This document shows positions 61,400 through 64,000 of a stretch of DNA of 64,000 bases, in pieces. A program made the translations under genes and the position numbers. Under the pieces are notes generated by a model, which made no database searches, was not told the DNA's origin, and worked only from the letters and a program-made list of their open reading frames with translations. The stretch lies in NCBI RefSeq assembly GCF_963921235.1, contig NC_086097.1, positions 5,456,001-5,520,000 of the forward strand. Reading direction: 5' to 3'. The DNA is from Mobula hypostoma (lineage: Eukaryota). The stretch's first letter is position 1. Every line of letters starts with the position of its first letter.

Positions 61400-63604
61400 T
61401 AGCTGAAACCAGGTGGGTGGGGAAGGGCAATGAAGTGAGGAGCTGGAAGGAGATGGTGGAAAAGGCAACTGGCTGAAGAAGAAAGAATCTGATAGGATAG
61501 GAAAGGAGAGTGGACTATGGGAGAAAGGGAAGGAGAAGGGGCACCAGGGGTAGGTGCTAGGCAGGTGAGGAAAAGAGGTAAGAGACCAGAGAGGGTAATA
61601 GAAGAAGTGGGAAGTGGGAGGGAATAAAACAATTACCAGAAGGAGGAATAGTTGTTCATACCATCAGGTTGGAGGCTACCCAAACAGAATATCAGGTATT
61701 GCTCCTCCAACTTCATCAAGGCAGACAATAGACCATGGACTGATGGTGAAAGGTTCTGTTAATGCAGCCGGCTGCCAGTTCCAGAGCCTTTGCCAAATCT
61801 AAAGGGAATCCAATATTCTTTTCAAGGTTCACAAGCAAACCGCAATGAGCCAGTAACTTTTATAAATGTGTTTTGAAATGGGTGTGGGACTCCTATTTCC
61901 ATTTGATGTGAAGTCTGTCCTAATAAAAGGGGCTCAGGAAAATTTAGTATTCTCCTGGGCTTTGCAGGCAAATGAGGAGCAGGCATTGGCACTTTGTCAT
62001 TATTATGCCCATTTCATGCCTGTACATTATGCTTCATTGTGATAGTTGGGTGAGTTAATTGTTGAATAATGTTAGAAACTTAACCTTTATTAAATCAGTG
62101 CAATAGTGCTTCGCTGTTATAATGGTTACTCATTAGGTAGCTTGACATATTTGTTAAAATAGAGCAGTACTTAATATAACCCTATTAAAGATTTGCACAG
62201 ATTTTACTGGCAGAAATATATAAGGATTATTACCCACAAATCTGGATAAATGTAGGATATGTTTCAATCCAGTGACTCTGTCAATATTGTCCCCAGAGTC
62301 TATTCCAAACTATATTGATCCTATAACAGCAATTCTTAAATTCTCCATAAAAAGCTTTGAGCTGAAATTGTGTTTTGGGATACGAGTGGTTTGTAGAAAA
62401 TGTTTATTTTATACCTGTTGCCTTGACCGTGAGATAGTGCTCCCAAGGCAGATGACTTGTATTATTCAATTCTGGCCTATCTCCATGCAGACACAGAAAC
62501 TGTCCCTGATATGGGTTTTGGGCAGCGTTCCAGGTTCTTGAACCAAAACTGCAGTCGACAGAAAAAAAAAGTTATCTATGCCTGAGAGGTTATTATTAAA
62601 GGGTTTTTAGCTTTTACTGTCATATAATGTTTAATTGGATTTAGTTTTGCATGGAAAACTGAATGGTTTATAATTTATATCTCAATCCAAGACATTAGCT
62701 CCTCTTCAAATGATAAAGACTATTGAAATACACATCCCCCCATCTCATGGTTAGTTTCTTTCGAACCATGTAAATTATAATGCCTTTATGTGTTATTACG
62801 TGAAGTGCTGTTAAGAAGATCTATGACATCCCACATAATTGAATGTTTTTATTTTAGCTTCCAAACAGGAAATTCCAGAACGCACTTCCAAGGTAATAAA
62901 AGGCGTTGGTCCATTTATCATTTGACAAAGATGTAAATATAAGACACTATAAAATCTATTGCTTGGCCACACAACAGAGGACAAATAGCAAATTTCATGA
63001 CATTTGCCAGTGATATTAAACCTGATTCTGCCTCTGACTGAAATTAGTTCTCACTGGGAAGTTTATCCAACATATTCTTTAGTCAGATAGTGGTGAATCT
63101 GTGGAATTCATTGCCACAGGCAGCTGTGGAGACTTTGGGATTCTAATGATTTTTCTGTCATTTATTATTGGGGGTTTTCCTTCTGTTTTGTGGATTCCTG
63201 CAGAGAGTAAGAATTTCAGCTTGTATAATGTATATATTCTCTGATATTAAATAAAACCATTGAATCATTGAAGTCATTGGGTATATTTGAGACAGAGGAT
63301 AATAGATTCTTGATTAGTCAGGGCATGAAGGGGAACGGAGAGAAGTCAGGAAACTGGTGGAGCAGACTCGATCGGCCAAATGGCGTAAATCTGCTCCTAT
63401 CTCTTATGAAACAATATACTATACTGTAGATGCTGGAAATCTAAAATATATCTAGTATTCTTGTAAATACTCAGCAGGTAAAGCAGAATCTGTGGAGAAG
63501 GAATATCTCAGGTGGATGACCTTTGAAAAGTTGGAGTTAAGAGAAATGAGGGATGGATGGAGAATGTAAAGCTAAAGTTCAAAATGGGGTGAAGGGTAGG
63601 AGCA

Positions 63605-64000
63605 AGCTGATTACTAAGCTCCACAATCTAGGTCTCGGCACATCAACCGATCATTGGATCTTGGATTTCCTCACTAATCGCACCCACTTAGTAAGTGCAC
63701 ATCAACCCATCAACCCTCCCGCCTAACCCTGAACTCTGGTGTCCCACGGGGCTGTCCGCTGAGCCCACTTCTCGACTCCCTCCTCACCTATGACTGCACT
63801 CCAGCTCATGATACAAACTCAATCATCACATTTGCAGACTCCACAACTGTGACTGGCCTATTCACAAATAATAACATATCTTCATATAGAGAGGAGGTGC
63901 TGAAACTGTCCAATTGGTGCAGGAACCACAGCCTATCACTCATGATCAAGAAGACTAAAGAAATGAAGACGGACTTCAGGAAGACAAGAGGTCTTGAACA
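63605..64000 (+). mobile_element. Rex1/Babar-type LINE RT fragment (runs off the window end)
   Basis: Manual translation gives WILDFLTNR, SGVPRGCPLSPLL...TYDC, IITFADSTTVTGL, SYREEV and KTKEMKTDFRK. Confidence 0.75.

Noticed and set aside
62858..62892. Possible micro-exon (TTTTAG|...AAG|GTAATA) of a downstream gene
   Set aside because: No partner exons or recognisable coding signal in the window; such sites arise by chance.

Overview
Repeat-rich vertebrate DNA, most likely from a cartilaginous fish (inferred from V-domain/HE1-type tRNA SINEs, CR1/HER1-like LINEs, Rex1/Babar LINEs and abundant Penelope-like elements). The only host gene I can support is a + strand clade A (alpha-1-antitrypsin-like) serpin. 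It has a TATA promoter (~8663), a probable non-coding exon 1 (~8691-8740) and four coding exons (9214-9832, 15104-15374, 20288-20432, 26756-26944), which splice to an intact 407-aa secreted, Cys-free protein with an atypical, probably non-inhibitory reactive-centre loop. The rest is nested transposable elements: Neptune-type Penelope-like elements (GIY-YIG) carrying minimal hammerhead ribozymes, often in inverted form with 12-20 bp TSDs; many CR1 LINEs, one with an 89-bp TSD; three copies of a composite Buster/Charlie hAT element that captured a CR1 tail; a decayed hAT transposase; an IR/DR Tc1 (DD34E); a 1.49-kb solo LTR; a foldback mariner-type MITE; RTE-derived short elements, one with a candidate HDV-like fold; and SINEs. 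All assignments come from reading the sequence; no database searches or folding programs were run.
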